A stretch of DNA of 44,437 bases. Source: Flammeovirgaceae bacterium (lineage in GTDB: Bacteria; Bacteroidota; Bacteroidia; Cytophagales; MED-G16). The notes under the pieces are model-generated. The model was given only the letters and a program-made list of their open reading frames with translations, was not told the DNA's origin and searched no databases. The position numbers and the translations under genes are program-made. The stretch spans positions 1 to 44,437 of the forward strand of contig JAYNOQ010000004.1 in the NCBI GenBank assembly GCA_038113315.1, read 5' to 3'. Position 1 is the stretch's first letter. The number at the start of each line of letters is the position of its first letter. This document shows positions 1 to 7,862 of the stretch, piece by piece.

Positions 1-2357
1 CCACTTATCATATTAATCAATCTAGTTACATATACTGCCTGAAGATTTTGTCTAAATGTATTTACATCTGAACTCAAGTCTGCTTTAAAAATTGATTCAT
101 TAAGATCACCCATAAACTCAGATAATGAGTATTGATTCCCATAAAGTTCGGAATCAATTATTCTCTGAAGTGTATTTGGATGCATGATATGAGCTAAAAC
201 TCTTGTCTGATAAGATAAAACTTGATCATGAATTTTAGGATCTTCCGGTCCAGAAAAGAAATCAAAACCTCTCCTCTGACGAGCTAATAAATTATACACA
301 TTACTCGGTGCTTTAAATGCAGTTGGTGAGAAAACATATTTATCTAATGTATTAAATGCTCTTTTCTGATCAGATAAACTTACAGGTGTATAAGGATTCT
401 TTCCTCCAGGTTGACCTATTGTTGATCTATCAACATAAACTCCACCAATAAATCTTGAAACAACATCACCAGCTCTTGCAGCTTGAGAATTTAGAGTATA
501 ATATGCTCTTCTCAAATCTTCATAAGTATTGCCTTCAATACTAAACTTAGAGACAATTTGTCCCATCATTTTATTTACCAAATTGAATCTATCAATAGAA
601 TAAGAAATCTGATCGTTAGATAAATCTCCAGTCATAACTCTAGGATCAATTGCCTTACCAGGAGATCTCATATCATCAGCATCATTACCAAAAATTAATT
701 CGGGCTCAGTAGATCTAGCTAATAAAGTTTCTCTTTCGGAATCATCTTTGAAAGGAGTATAACCAAACTGTATAGCCCAAACATCATATGGACCTACAGC
801 CATATCGTAGTACTGTCCTTGAGAAGATTTATCCATTGTCAGGTTAATTCCTGCATAATCCATAACAGAACCTGTAAGTGCTTTTCCTTCAATAAAATCA
901 GCATCATATAACTCCTCAGGAGAAAATAATTGACTTGCTTTCATGTTATGATTTAAGCCTAGGGTATGTCCTACCTCATGCATAATTAGTGACTTCAAAC
1001 CTTCTTTCTCTATTCTGTCAAGATCGTAGTCGGAGGCTTCATTAATTTCTAAAAATGTTTTTCCAAACAATTGATTTTCATGCATTAAGTGCCCCATAGA
1101 ACAATAAAATTTGTTTTCGTGAGAATGATCATTAAAATCATTTTCTAAATCCATATTTTTAGATGCGTCACCAACTAGCTTATTATAAAATACTCTATTT
1201 GTGAAATGGACAAATTCAAGCATTATATCTGCACCAATGATTTCGCCTGTTCTAGGATTAGTCATACTTGGACCGTATCCGCCGAAAGGAGGGTTAGGAG
1301 AAGATGTCCATCTTAGTACATTGTACCTAATATCACCAGCATCCCAATCAGCATCATCAGGTTGAACTTTTACTTCTAATGCATTTTTAAATCCAGCTTT
1401 CTCAAAAGCTTCATTCCATGCTAATACCCCATCCTTAATTGTCTCTCTCCACTCGTGAGGAGTAGAGTTTTCTATCCACCATGTAATTGGTTTAACAGGT
1501 TCAGATATTGCTTGATCAGGATTCTTTTTAACTAATCTCCATCTATTAACCATATCTCTATAATTAGTAGTTCCTGTCTCTGTCATATCATTTACTAGTG
1601 TTAAAAAATATCCAACTCTAGGATCATCATATCTTATTTCATACCCTTCTTCAGGCATTTTCATCATTGAGTGAAAAACTTGAATTGACACATATCTTGC
1701 ATCAGTTACAGCTTCAGAACCACCATTAAGTACATTAGGATTTTTATATACATATTCTGTCTTAAGGTTAGTATTTTCTGGATAATTATTTATCTCTCTA
1801 ACCTTAGACTTACCTTTATCCAAACTTCCTAAACTAAATCTATTCGGGGATGACCCAGGTCTTTTAGGGGGTTTTACTCTCCTTAAAGTTTCTGATAGAA
1901 ATAGATCATTCACATTTATAAGGTAAGAACCTTCTTCATTTGCTAAAATTTTATGAGAAGATATTATAGCGTGGCTTGTGTTTGCTTCCTGAGATTTTGA
2001 TAGTGGATTATCTTGATCAAAGTAGAAATTAGTATTTGGCGCAACAAATTCTATTTTATTATAATATTTATGAATCTGAAATACAACATCTGCACCGTAT
2101 GCACCTCTAAAGCTACCCGCTTCTGTTACTCCATCCGCTATCTGTGAAAAATAAATATAATCTTTATCAAGTTGATCATCTCTTATCAACATCTTAAGTT
2201 CTCCAGAGGCTGAATCTTGAAAAATTGTAAATAGTCCATCAATAGTCCTACTAGATTTTGTTAAGTCTTCGATAGACTTTTCTTTTTTATCTTTTTTATC
2301 CTGAGCAAATAAAATTTGTGAGACACTCAGTAAAATGATTATTAGTATGTTTTTCAT
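1..2357 (-). CDS. Secreted zinc-dependent metalloprotease (metzincin; DUF5117/DUF4953 EcxA-like), truncated at window edge
   Basis: Not in the ORF track because it has no stop in the window. Manual translation from ATG 2357 gives MKNILIIILLSVSQILFA|QDKK (signal peptide), LIMHEVGHTLGLNHNM (HExxHxxGxxH, His at 980), the Met-turn GSVMDY at about 855-872, and FRQNLQAVYVTRLI in the same frame at the edge. Confidence 0.9.
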   Translation of the reverse strand, partial: MKNILIIILLSVSQILFAQDKKDKKEKSIEDLTKSSRTIDGLFTIFQDSASGELKMLIRDDQLDKDYIYFSQIADGVTEAGSFRGAYGADVVFQIHKYYNKIEFVAPNTNFYFDQDNPLSKSQEANTSHAIISSHKILANEEGSYLINVNDLFLSETLRRVKPPKRPGSSPNRFSLGSLDKGKSKVREINNYPENTNLKTEYVYKNPNVLNGGSEAVTDARYVSIQVFHSMMKMPEEGYEIRYDDPRVGYFLTLVNDMTETGTTNYRDMVNRWRLVKKNPDQAISEPVKPITWWIENSTPHEWRETIKDGVLAWNEAFEKAGFKNALEVKVQPDDADWDAGDIRYNVLRWTSSPNPPFGGYGPSMTNPRTGEIIGADIMLEFVHFTNRVFYNKLVGDASKNMDLENDFNDHSHENKFYCSMGHLMHENQLFGKTFLEINEASDYDLDRIEKEGLKSLIMHEVGHTLGLNHNMKASQLFSPEELYDADFIEGKALTGSVMDYAGINLTMDKSSQGQYYDMAVGPYDVWAIQFGYTPFKDDSERETLLARSTEPELIFGNDADDMRSPGKAIDPRVMTGDLSNDQISYSIDRFNLVNKMMGQIVSKFSIEGNTYEDLRRAYYTLNSQAARAGDVVSRFIGGVYVDRSTIGQPGGKNPYTPVSLSDQKRAFNTLDKYVFSPTAFKAPSNVYNLLARQRRGFDFFSGPEDPKIHDQVLSYQTRVLAHIMHPNTLQRIIDSELYGNQYSLSEFMGDLNESIFKADLSSDVNTFRQNLQAVYVTRLINMIS

Positions 2358-2373
2358 AGTATTTTAATTTTTT

Positions 2374-2381
2374 CAAATTTA
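2374..2381 (-). promoter_or_regulatory. Bacteroidota sigma-A -7 box (TAAATTTG) for the metalloprotease gene
   Basis: Exact TAnnTTTG match on the minus strand, ending 17 nt before the ATG at 2357. Confidence 0.55.
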
Positions 2382-2390
2382 AATATATAA

Positions 2391-2855
2391 TTAAAAAACT
2401 CTTTTGATTTTTCTAATTCTTTTAAGGTAATAATCTTTTACTAATTGAGTTTCAACAACCCCCCTTGATGAAGATGCATGAATAAAGTCTATATCTGATG
2501 TGGAATTATGTTTAGATACTAAGCCTACGTGAGTTACTTTCCTTTTACTTTTTCCAAAGGCAAAGAAAACTAAGTCTCCCTCTCTTGATTTCTTTAAAGA
2601 AACTTTCTTTCCAAGATCTATTTGTTGAGATGTAGTTCTTGGAATTTTAATACCTATAGATTCAAAAGATCTAACCATTAGGCCCGAACAGTCTATTCCA
2701 ACTTTATCGTTACCCCCCCATTTATAAGGAGTTCCTATGTATGTTCTAGCTTCTCCAATTACTGAACTTATATTATTTTTTTTAATTATACTTTTTTGAG
2801 ATATACAACTGGAAAAGAGAACACATAGAGCAAAATGAGTAATGTATTTTTTCAT
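2391..2855 (-). CDS. NlpC/P60 (C40) family peptidoglycan endopeptidase lipoprotein
   Basis: Lipobox LFSSC; YIGTPYKWGG, GIDCSG (catalytic Cys), HVG (catalytic His), FIHASSSRGV. Confidence 0.93.
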   Translation of the reverse strand: MKKYITHFALCVLFSSCISQKSIIKKNNISSVIGEARTYIGTPYKWGGNDKVGIDCSGLMVRSFESIGIKIPRTTSQQIDLGKKVSLKKSREGDLVFFAFGKSKRKVTHVGLVSKHNSTSDIDFIHASSSRGVVETQLVKDYYLKRIRKIKRVF

Positions 2856-3625
2856 TTCTCTAAAATTAAAAATAAATCTAAATTTTTTGGATTGTCTTTC
2901 TCTAATATATAATCACTAGTTGATATTGAGGAGACAAGAGATCTATCATTTGACTCAAGCTTTTTTCTATTAACCCTGTTCAAAAATTCATATGGAATTT
3001 TATAGAGAAAGTTTGGTAAATATTTTTCTAGGTTTAAAATATCAAATCTTTTAAACTTAGATACCGACTTTTTATTCTCTTCATAATATTTTTTTACTTT
3101 ATCATTTCCTGAAATTCCTTTCATGATAATTTTTTTGAAAACTTTTTTAGCTAACTCCTGTAATTGTCTGGATGTATACTCTCTAATATGCCAAGGATTT
3201 CTAGTTAATGTCATCTTAATATTAGGAGTTGATATTAAAGCTTTTCCACCTGGCTTAAGAATTCTGTAAATCTCTTCAATGAATAACTCATCATTATTAA
3301 TATGCTCTATCACTTGAAAAGAAACAATGGTGTCAAATGAATTATCCTCAATACTATTTAGAGGAGGAAAAGAAGATGAGATAAATTTTTCTTCAGGATA
3401 TTTTAAAGATAGTCTTTCTGTTATCTCTGAAATTTTATCTATAGCAGTAAAAGATTTAGATTTATTTAATATAATATCAATACCCCTACCCTCACCGCAA
3501 CCAAGTTCAAGTACATCTCCATTAATATGCTTTTCTGAAAATACATAAGCACTCAAGAGCCTGTGGTGTAACGGATTATCTGAAACTATTTTATCGGATG
3601 TGATCTCAGTAGTATAAATTGACAT
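2852..3625 (-). CDS. Class I SAM-dependent methyltransferase
   Basis: Motif I VLELGCGEGRG; FDTIVSFQVIEHI; RILKPGG..ISTPN. 4-bp overlap with the NlpC/P60 gene. Confidence 0.9.
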   Translation of the reverse strand: MSIYTTEITSDKIVSDNPLHHRLLSAYVFSEKHINGDVLELGCGEGRGIDIILNKSKSFTAIDKISEITERLSLKYPEEKFISSSFPPLNSIEDNSFDTIVSFQVIEHINNDELFIEEIYRILKPGGKALISTPNIKMTLTRNPWHIREYTSRQLQELAKKVFKKIIMKGISGNDKVKKYYEENKKSVSKFKRFDILNLEKYLPNFLYKIPYEFLNRVNRKKLESNDRSLVSSISTSDYILEKDNPKNLDLFLILEK

Positions 3626-3707
3626 ATTGTAAATTTAATATGAATTTTCTCGAGTAAATTACAAATCTTATAAAATGAAGGTAAGGTACATATCTAAATT
3701 TTTGTTA

Positions 3708-3715
3708 TAATTTTG
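3708..3715 (+). promoter_or_regulatory. -7 promoter box (TAATTTTG) for rlmB
   Basis: Exact TAnnTTTG. It contains the TTG used as start in the ORF track, which favours ATG 3722 as the true start. Confidence 0.5.
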
Positions 3716-3721
3716 GGGGAT

Positions 3722-4471
3722 ATGGATAAAGGAAAAATAAATAATCAAGATATAATTTTTGGGACAAGGCCAGTTTTAGAAGCAATAAAGTCTGGTAAAA
3801 CAATCGAAAAGTTATTCATTCAAAAAAATTTATCTAAAGAAATATTTAATGAGATTAAAAATAATCTTAAAAATAGAGACATCTATATATCATTTGTACC
3901 CAAGGAAAAACTCAATAGAATAACAAAAAAAAACCATCAAGGAGTCATTTGTTATATTTCTCCAATTATCTATCAGCCATCGAATGAAATAATTCAGAGA
4001 TGTTATGAGTCAGGTAAAGATCCAATAATTCTAATTTTAGATAGAATTACAGATACTAGAAACTTTGGAGCTATAACTAGAGTTGCAGAAGCATCAGGCG
4101 TAGATGCAATAATAATCCCTGAGAAAGAATCAGCTTTGATCACAAGTGAAGCAGTCAAGTCATCTGCTGGAGCTTTAAATTATGTTCCAATTTGTAAAGT
4201 GAAAAGCTTAAAAAATATTGCTCAAGAGCTAAAAGATAGTGGTCTCAAAATTGTTGCTTGTACTGAGAAAAGTGAAAAAGATATCTACTCAATAGAATAC
4301 AAAGGCCCGATGTGTATTATTCTTGGGTCTGAGAAAGATGGGATATCTCAAAATTTAATTGATATAAGCGATGAAAAAGTAAAGATACCAATGCTAGGAA
4401 AAATTGATTCTTTAAACGTTTCAACAAGTTCTGCAGTAATTTTATACGAACTTATAAGACAAAGAAATTAA
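3722..4471 (+). CDS. rlmB: 23S rRNA (guanosine-2251-2'-O)-methyltransferase RlmB (SpoU family)
   Basis: IFGTRPVLEA, NHQGV, LDRITDTRNFGAI, LGSEKDG, IPMLGKIDSLNVS SPOUT motifs. Start set at ATG 3722. Confidence 0.93.
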   Translation: MDKGKINNQDIIFGTRPVLEAIKSGKTIEKLFIQKNLSKEIFNEIKNNLKNRDIYISFVPKEKLNRITKKNHQGVICYISPIIYQPSNEIIQRCYESGKDPIILILDRITDTRNFGAITRVAEASGVDAIIIPEKESALITSEAVKSSAGALNYVPICKVKSLKNIAQELKDSGLKIVACTEKSEKDIYSIEYKGPMCIILGSEKDGISQNLIDISDEKVKIPMLGKIDSLNVSTSSAVILYELIRQRN

Positions 4472-4872
4472 ATTGATTTCAAGCCTGTAAGATCAGAACT
4501 ACTTCTGATTTTTTTACCCATTCCATCCAATAACTCTATACCATACTTCTTACATACTACAGATTCTGGAATTTCTTGATTATGTCTATCTCCACCATTT
4601 GTGAAAATATCTGGTTTAATTTCTTCAAGGCTTTTACAAACAGTTTTATCAGTATCAATTGATAAAAAAACTTCATCAACTCCCTCTATTGCTGAGACTA
4701 TTTTCATTCTGTCTTTTTCATCCATAAAAGGTTTTCCTTTTTTAAGCTTACACTGATGGTTGTTGTTAACTATAACTACTAAGTAGTCACCCATCTTTTT
4801 TGATAACTCTATATATTCTAGATGACCTACATGGATTGGATCAAAGTATCCGCTTATTGCAACTTTTTTCAT
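4468..4872 (-). CDS. Cytidylyltransferase/adenylyltransferase family protein (HxGH nucleotidyltransferase; TagD/RibL/RfaE-like)
   Basis: GYFDPIHVGH (HxGH), KKGKPFM...R, FTNGGDR, C-terminal RSSS. Substrate cannot be determined. Confidence 0.85.
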   Translation of the reverse strand: MKKVAISGYFDPIHVGHLEYIELSKKMGDYLVVIVNNNHQCKLKKGKPFMDEKDRMKIVSAIEGVDEVFLSIDTDKTVCKSLEEIKPDIFTNGGDRHNQEIPESVVCKKYGIELLDGMGKKIRSSSDLTGLKSI

Positions 4873-4888
4873 AATTTATAATTTAAGG

Positions 4889-4896
4889 CAAATATA
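4889..4896 (-). promoter_or_regulatory. -7 promoter box (TATATTTG) for the cytidylyltransferase gene
   Basis: Exact TAnnTTTG on the minus strand, 17 nt before ATG 4872. Confidence 0.55.
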
Positions 4897-4910
4897 TCCT
4901 TTATATATAA

Positions 4911-4918
4911 TATTTTTG
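4911..4918 (+). promoter_or_regulatory. -7 promoter box (TATTTTTG) for purD-gldH
   Basis: Exact TAnnTTTG immediately before ATG 4922, back-to-back with the box at 4889-4896. Confidence 0.5.
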
Positions 4919-4921
4919 AGA

Positions 4922-6196
4922 ATGAATATTTTAGTATTAGGATCTGGAGGAAGAGAGCACGCAATTAGCTGGAAGATCTCAAAAAGTAATAAATGTAAAA
5001 ATCTATATATAGCCCCAGGAAATGCTGGAACTAGTCTTGTAGGAAATAACCTAATAATTAATATTAATGATTTTGAAGAAGTTAAATCAATTGTTATTGA
5101 AAAAGCTATTGATTTAGTTATTGTGGGTCCTGAGGAACCTCTTGTCAGAGGAATTGTTGATTTTTTCAAATCTGATAATGAACTTAAAAACATTAAAATA
5201 TTTGGACCTGGATCTGATGGATCCAAGCTTGAAGGAAGTAAAGATTTTTCTAAAGAATTTATGTTTAGAAATAATATTCCTTGTGCAAAATCTAAAACTT
5301 TTAATAAAGGGAGTTTATCAAAGGGAATTTCCTTCTTAGAAAAAATAAATCCACCTTATGTCTTAAAAGCTGATGGTCTAGCAGCTGGTAAAGGAGTTCT
5401 TATAATTAACGACCTTGATGAAGCCAAAGAGGAGTTATCAAAAATGATTTTAGATGAGAAATTTGGAGATGCCAGTAAGAATGTTCTGATAGAAGAATAT
5501 TTAGATGGGATAGAGGTATCTGTCTTTGCAATTACAGATGGAAAAAATTATATTATTTTACCTGAAGCTAAAGATTATAAGCGTATAGGTGATGGAGATA
5601 AAGGTCTAAATACAGGCGGTATGGGAGCAGTATCTCCTGTCAATTTTGTGAATAATGAGTTCATGAAAAAAGTTGAAGATTTAGTTATCAAAAGGACAGT
5701 AAACGGTATCAGAAAAGAAAATTTAGATTATAAAGGATTCATTTTTGCAGGACTAATGAATGTAAATGGTAATCCATATGTTATTGAGTATAACGTAAGA
5801 ATGGGTGATCCTGAAACTCAAGTTGTTATCCCTAGAATTAAAAATGATCTGCTTGATATAATTATTAAATGTTTAGATGAAAAGATTAATGAAGTTAATT
5901 TAGATTTTAAAGAAAACTATACTACAACTGTAATTTTAGCTGCGGAGGGATACCCAGAATCTTATAAAAAAGGAGATGAAATCAAAAATTTAGAAGAGTT
6001 TACTGACACTAAAATTTTTCATGCAGGAACAATTATGAAAGATGATAGTGTTTTAAGTAATGGAGGAAGAGTAATCGCTTGTACAGGTTATGGAAAATCC
6101 TTAGAAATTGCACTTAATAACTCTTATAAGATAGCAGAAAATATATCTTGGGATAATAAATACTTCAGAAAGGATATTGGAAAAGATTTAAAATAG
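4922..6196 (+). CDS. purD: Phosphoribosylamine--glycine ligase
   Basis: MNILVLGSGGREHA, VGPEEPL, KADGLAAGKGV, GLNTGGMGA, EYNVRMGDPETQ, NGGRV, YFRKDIG. Confidence 0.98.
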   Translation: MNILVLGSGGREHAISWKISKSNKCKNLYIAPGNAGTSLVGNNLIININDFEEVKSIVIEKAIDLVIVGPEEPLVRGIVDFFKSDNELKNIKIFGPGSDGSKLEGSKDFSKEFMFRNNIPCAKSKTFNKGSLSKGISFLEKINPPYVLKADGLAAGKGVLIINDLDEAKEELSKMILDEKFGDASKNVLIEEYLDGIEVSVFAITDGKNYIILPEAKDYKRIGDGDKGLNTGGMGAVSPVNFVNNEFMKKVEDLVIKRTVNGIRKENLDYKGFIFAGLMNVNGNPYVIEYNVRMGDPETQVVIPRIKNDLLDIIIKCLDEKINEVNLDFKENYTTTVILAAEGYPESYKKGDEIKNLEEFTDTKIFHAGTIMKDDSVLSNGGRVIACTGYGKSLEIALNNSYKIAENISWDNKYFRKDIGKDLK

Positions 6197-6201
6197 AAAA
6201 T

Positions 6202-6663
6202 TTGAAAATTATAGTTTATTCATTATCAGCATTTTTATTTCTAGTATCATGTAACCATGATAGTGTTCACACTAATTATTTTAATTTTCAAAATGATGAA
6301 TGGTATTCTGATTCTTCTATTGTATTTAATTTTAATACTCAAGATAACTTAAACTTAAGTTTTAACTTAAGTTTAAGTTATTCAAATGAATACCCTTTCC
6401 AAAATATTTATACCTCATACTCATTATTAGACTCCTCTAAAAATATTTTAAAATCAGAAATGATTGAATATCAGCTTTTTGATAAAAAATATGGGTTTCC
6501 AATTGGTTCAGGTGTATTTCAAGATTTTGTACTTGACAGTATAGTAATTGACTCAATTACTTTAAATAAAAATTCAGACTATACATTTTTAGTAAAACAT
6601 TCTATGAGAGAAGAAAAGATAGTAGGTATAAGTAGGTTAGCTTTAGATATTAAGAAAAATTAA
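6202..6663 (+). CDS. gldH: Gliding motility lipoprotein GldH
   Basis: Lipobox LVSC; W..DS, YSNEYPFQNIY, QLFD...G.P.GSG, HSMREE..VGI pattern typical of GldH. TTG start. Confidence 0.82.
   Translation: MKIIVYSLSAFLFLVSCNHDSVHTNYFNFQNDEWYSDSSIVFNFNTQDNLNLSFNLSLSYSNEYPFQNIYTSYSLLDSSKNILKSEMIEYQLFDKKYGFPIGSGVFQDFVLDSIVIDSITLNKNSDYTFLVKHSMREEKIVGISRLALDIKKN
6344..6381. repeat. Perfect 18-bp inverted repeat with 2-nt spacer inside gldH
   Basis: ATAACTTAAACTTAAGTT-TT-AACTTAAGTTTAAGTTAT. The arms are exact reverse complements and each contains the palindrome AACTTAAGTT. Confidence 0.9.
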
Positions 6664-7862
6664 TTCTGCTGATTATTTTCAATATTATCAAATAAAAAGG
6701 CAACTGAAAATCTCATGGTCTCAGCTAAAGGGTGATCATTTTGACTAGTAGAAAGATAAGAAAAATCAACACCTAAATTATTATATTTTATACCCAAACC
6801 TAAGGTGAGAAATCTTCTTCCTCCCTTGTCCATATTTTCAAAAAAATACCCTCCTCTAAATGAAAAGATTTCTCTATACCAATACTCTAGACCTGAGGAA
6901 ATAGTTATTTCTTTTATTTCTTCAGAGAAGCCATCTGGAGCATCAGAGAATGATGAAAACATTCCACTAAGGACAGATCTATTCGGGTTTTTACCTCTTT
7001 GAATTTGAGGTTGATTTGTTAGAGGGTCAATAATATAATTACCATTAATGTCTACCTCATATATTGGAGGTGAGGGAACCATTAATTTATTAAAGTCAAG
7101 CGCAAAAGTTAAAGAATTATACTGATCTAAAAATGTTTTAATAGAGCTGCCAACTCTAAAATTAATAGGTATAAAATCAAGACTTTTAGAACTTCCATAA
7201 GTAATTTTTCCACCAATATTTGAAAAATGAGAACCAAATGATAGCTCTGATGTTCTATTTGCTAATGTAATCTCTTTATTATAGTAAATACCCAAATCAA
7301 CAGAAAAACTATTTCCAGCTTTAGCATCTGCATAATTTGAAATACTTCCTGTTAAATTAGACCAGATGTATCTGGTGGTACCACCAATAGATAAATCATT
7401 TGTTAATTTTCTTGAATAAGTAAAAGCTGTACTTAACTCCTTAGGATTCTCTATTCCTAAAGAGAAACCTTGATTATCTGTCAACTGAATTTCACCTAAA
7501 TCAAAATATTTCATAGATAAACCAATAGTCTGGACATTATCTAATTTATAAAATCCAGTAAGGTATGATACAGACATATCATCAACAATTTTACCTAACC
7601 AAGGAACATAAGACATTCCAAATCCATATTTCTTATCAATAAATGCAAGCTTCGCATTATTCCAATGAACTGAATTAACATCGGGTGAGGTTGCAACCCC
7701 AGTCTCACCCATAGCAGAGCCCCTTGAATCTGGAGATATCAAAAGAAAAGGAACAGCAGTAATAATAGGTCTCCTAGAGGTATCTTGACCGCTAAGTATT
7801 GATGCCTGAGGAAATAAATCAGAGCTTAATAGAAATAAAAATATAAAAAGTAATCTTATCAT
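6660..7862 (-). CDS. porV: Type IX secretion system outer-membrane shuttle PorV
   Basis: ITAVPFLLISPDSRGSAMGETGVATSPD...WNNAKLAF, SYVPWL, SFSDAPDGFSEE, HPLAETMRFS. Directly downstream of porU. Confidence 0.96.
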   Translation of the reverse strand: MIRLLFIFLFLLSSDLFPQASILSGQDTSRRPIITAVPFLLISPDSRGSAMGETGVATSPDVNSVHWNNAKLAFIDKKYGFGMSYVPWLGKIVDDMSVSYLTGFYKLDNVQTIGLSMKYFDLGEIQLTDNQGFSLGIENPKELSTAFTYSRKLTNDLSIGGTTRYIWSNLTGSISNYADAKAGNSFSVDLGIYYNKEITLANRTSELSFGSHFSNIGGKITYGSSKSLDFIPINFRVGSSIKTFLDQYNSLTFALDFNKLMVPSPPIYEVDINGNYIIDPLTNQPQIQRGKNPNRSVLSGMFSSFSDAPDGFSEEIKEITISSGLEYWYREIFSFRGGYFFENMDKGGRRFLTLGLGIKYNNLGVDFSYLSTSQNDHPLAETMRFSVAFLFDNIENNQQN

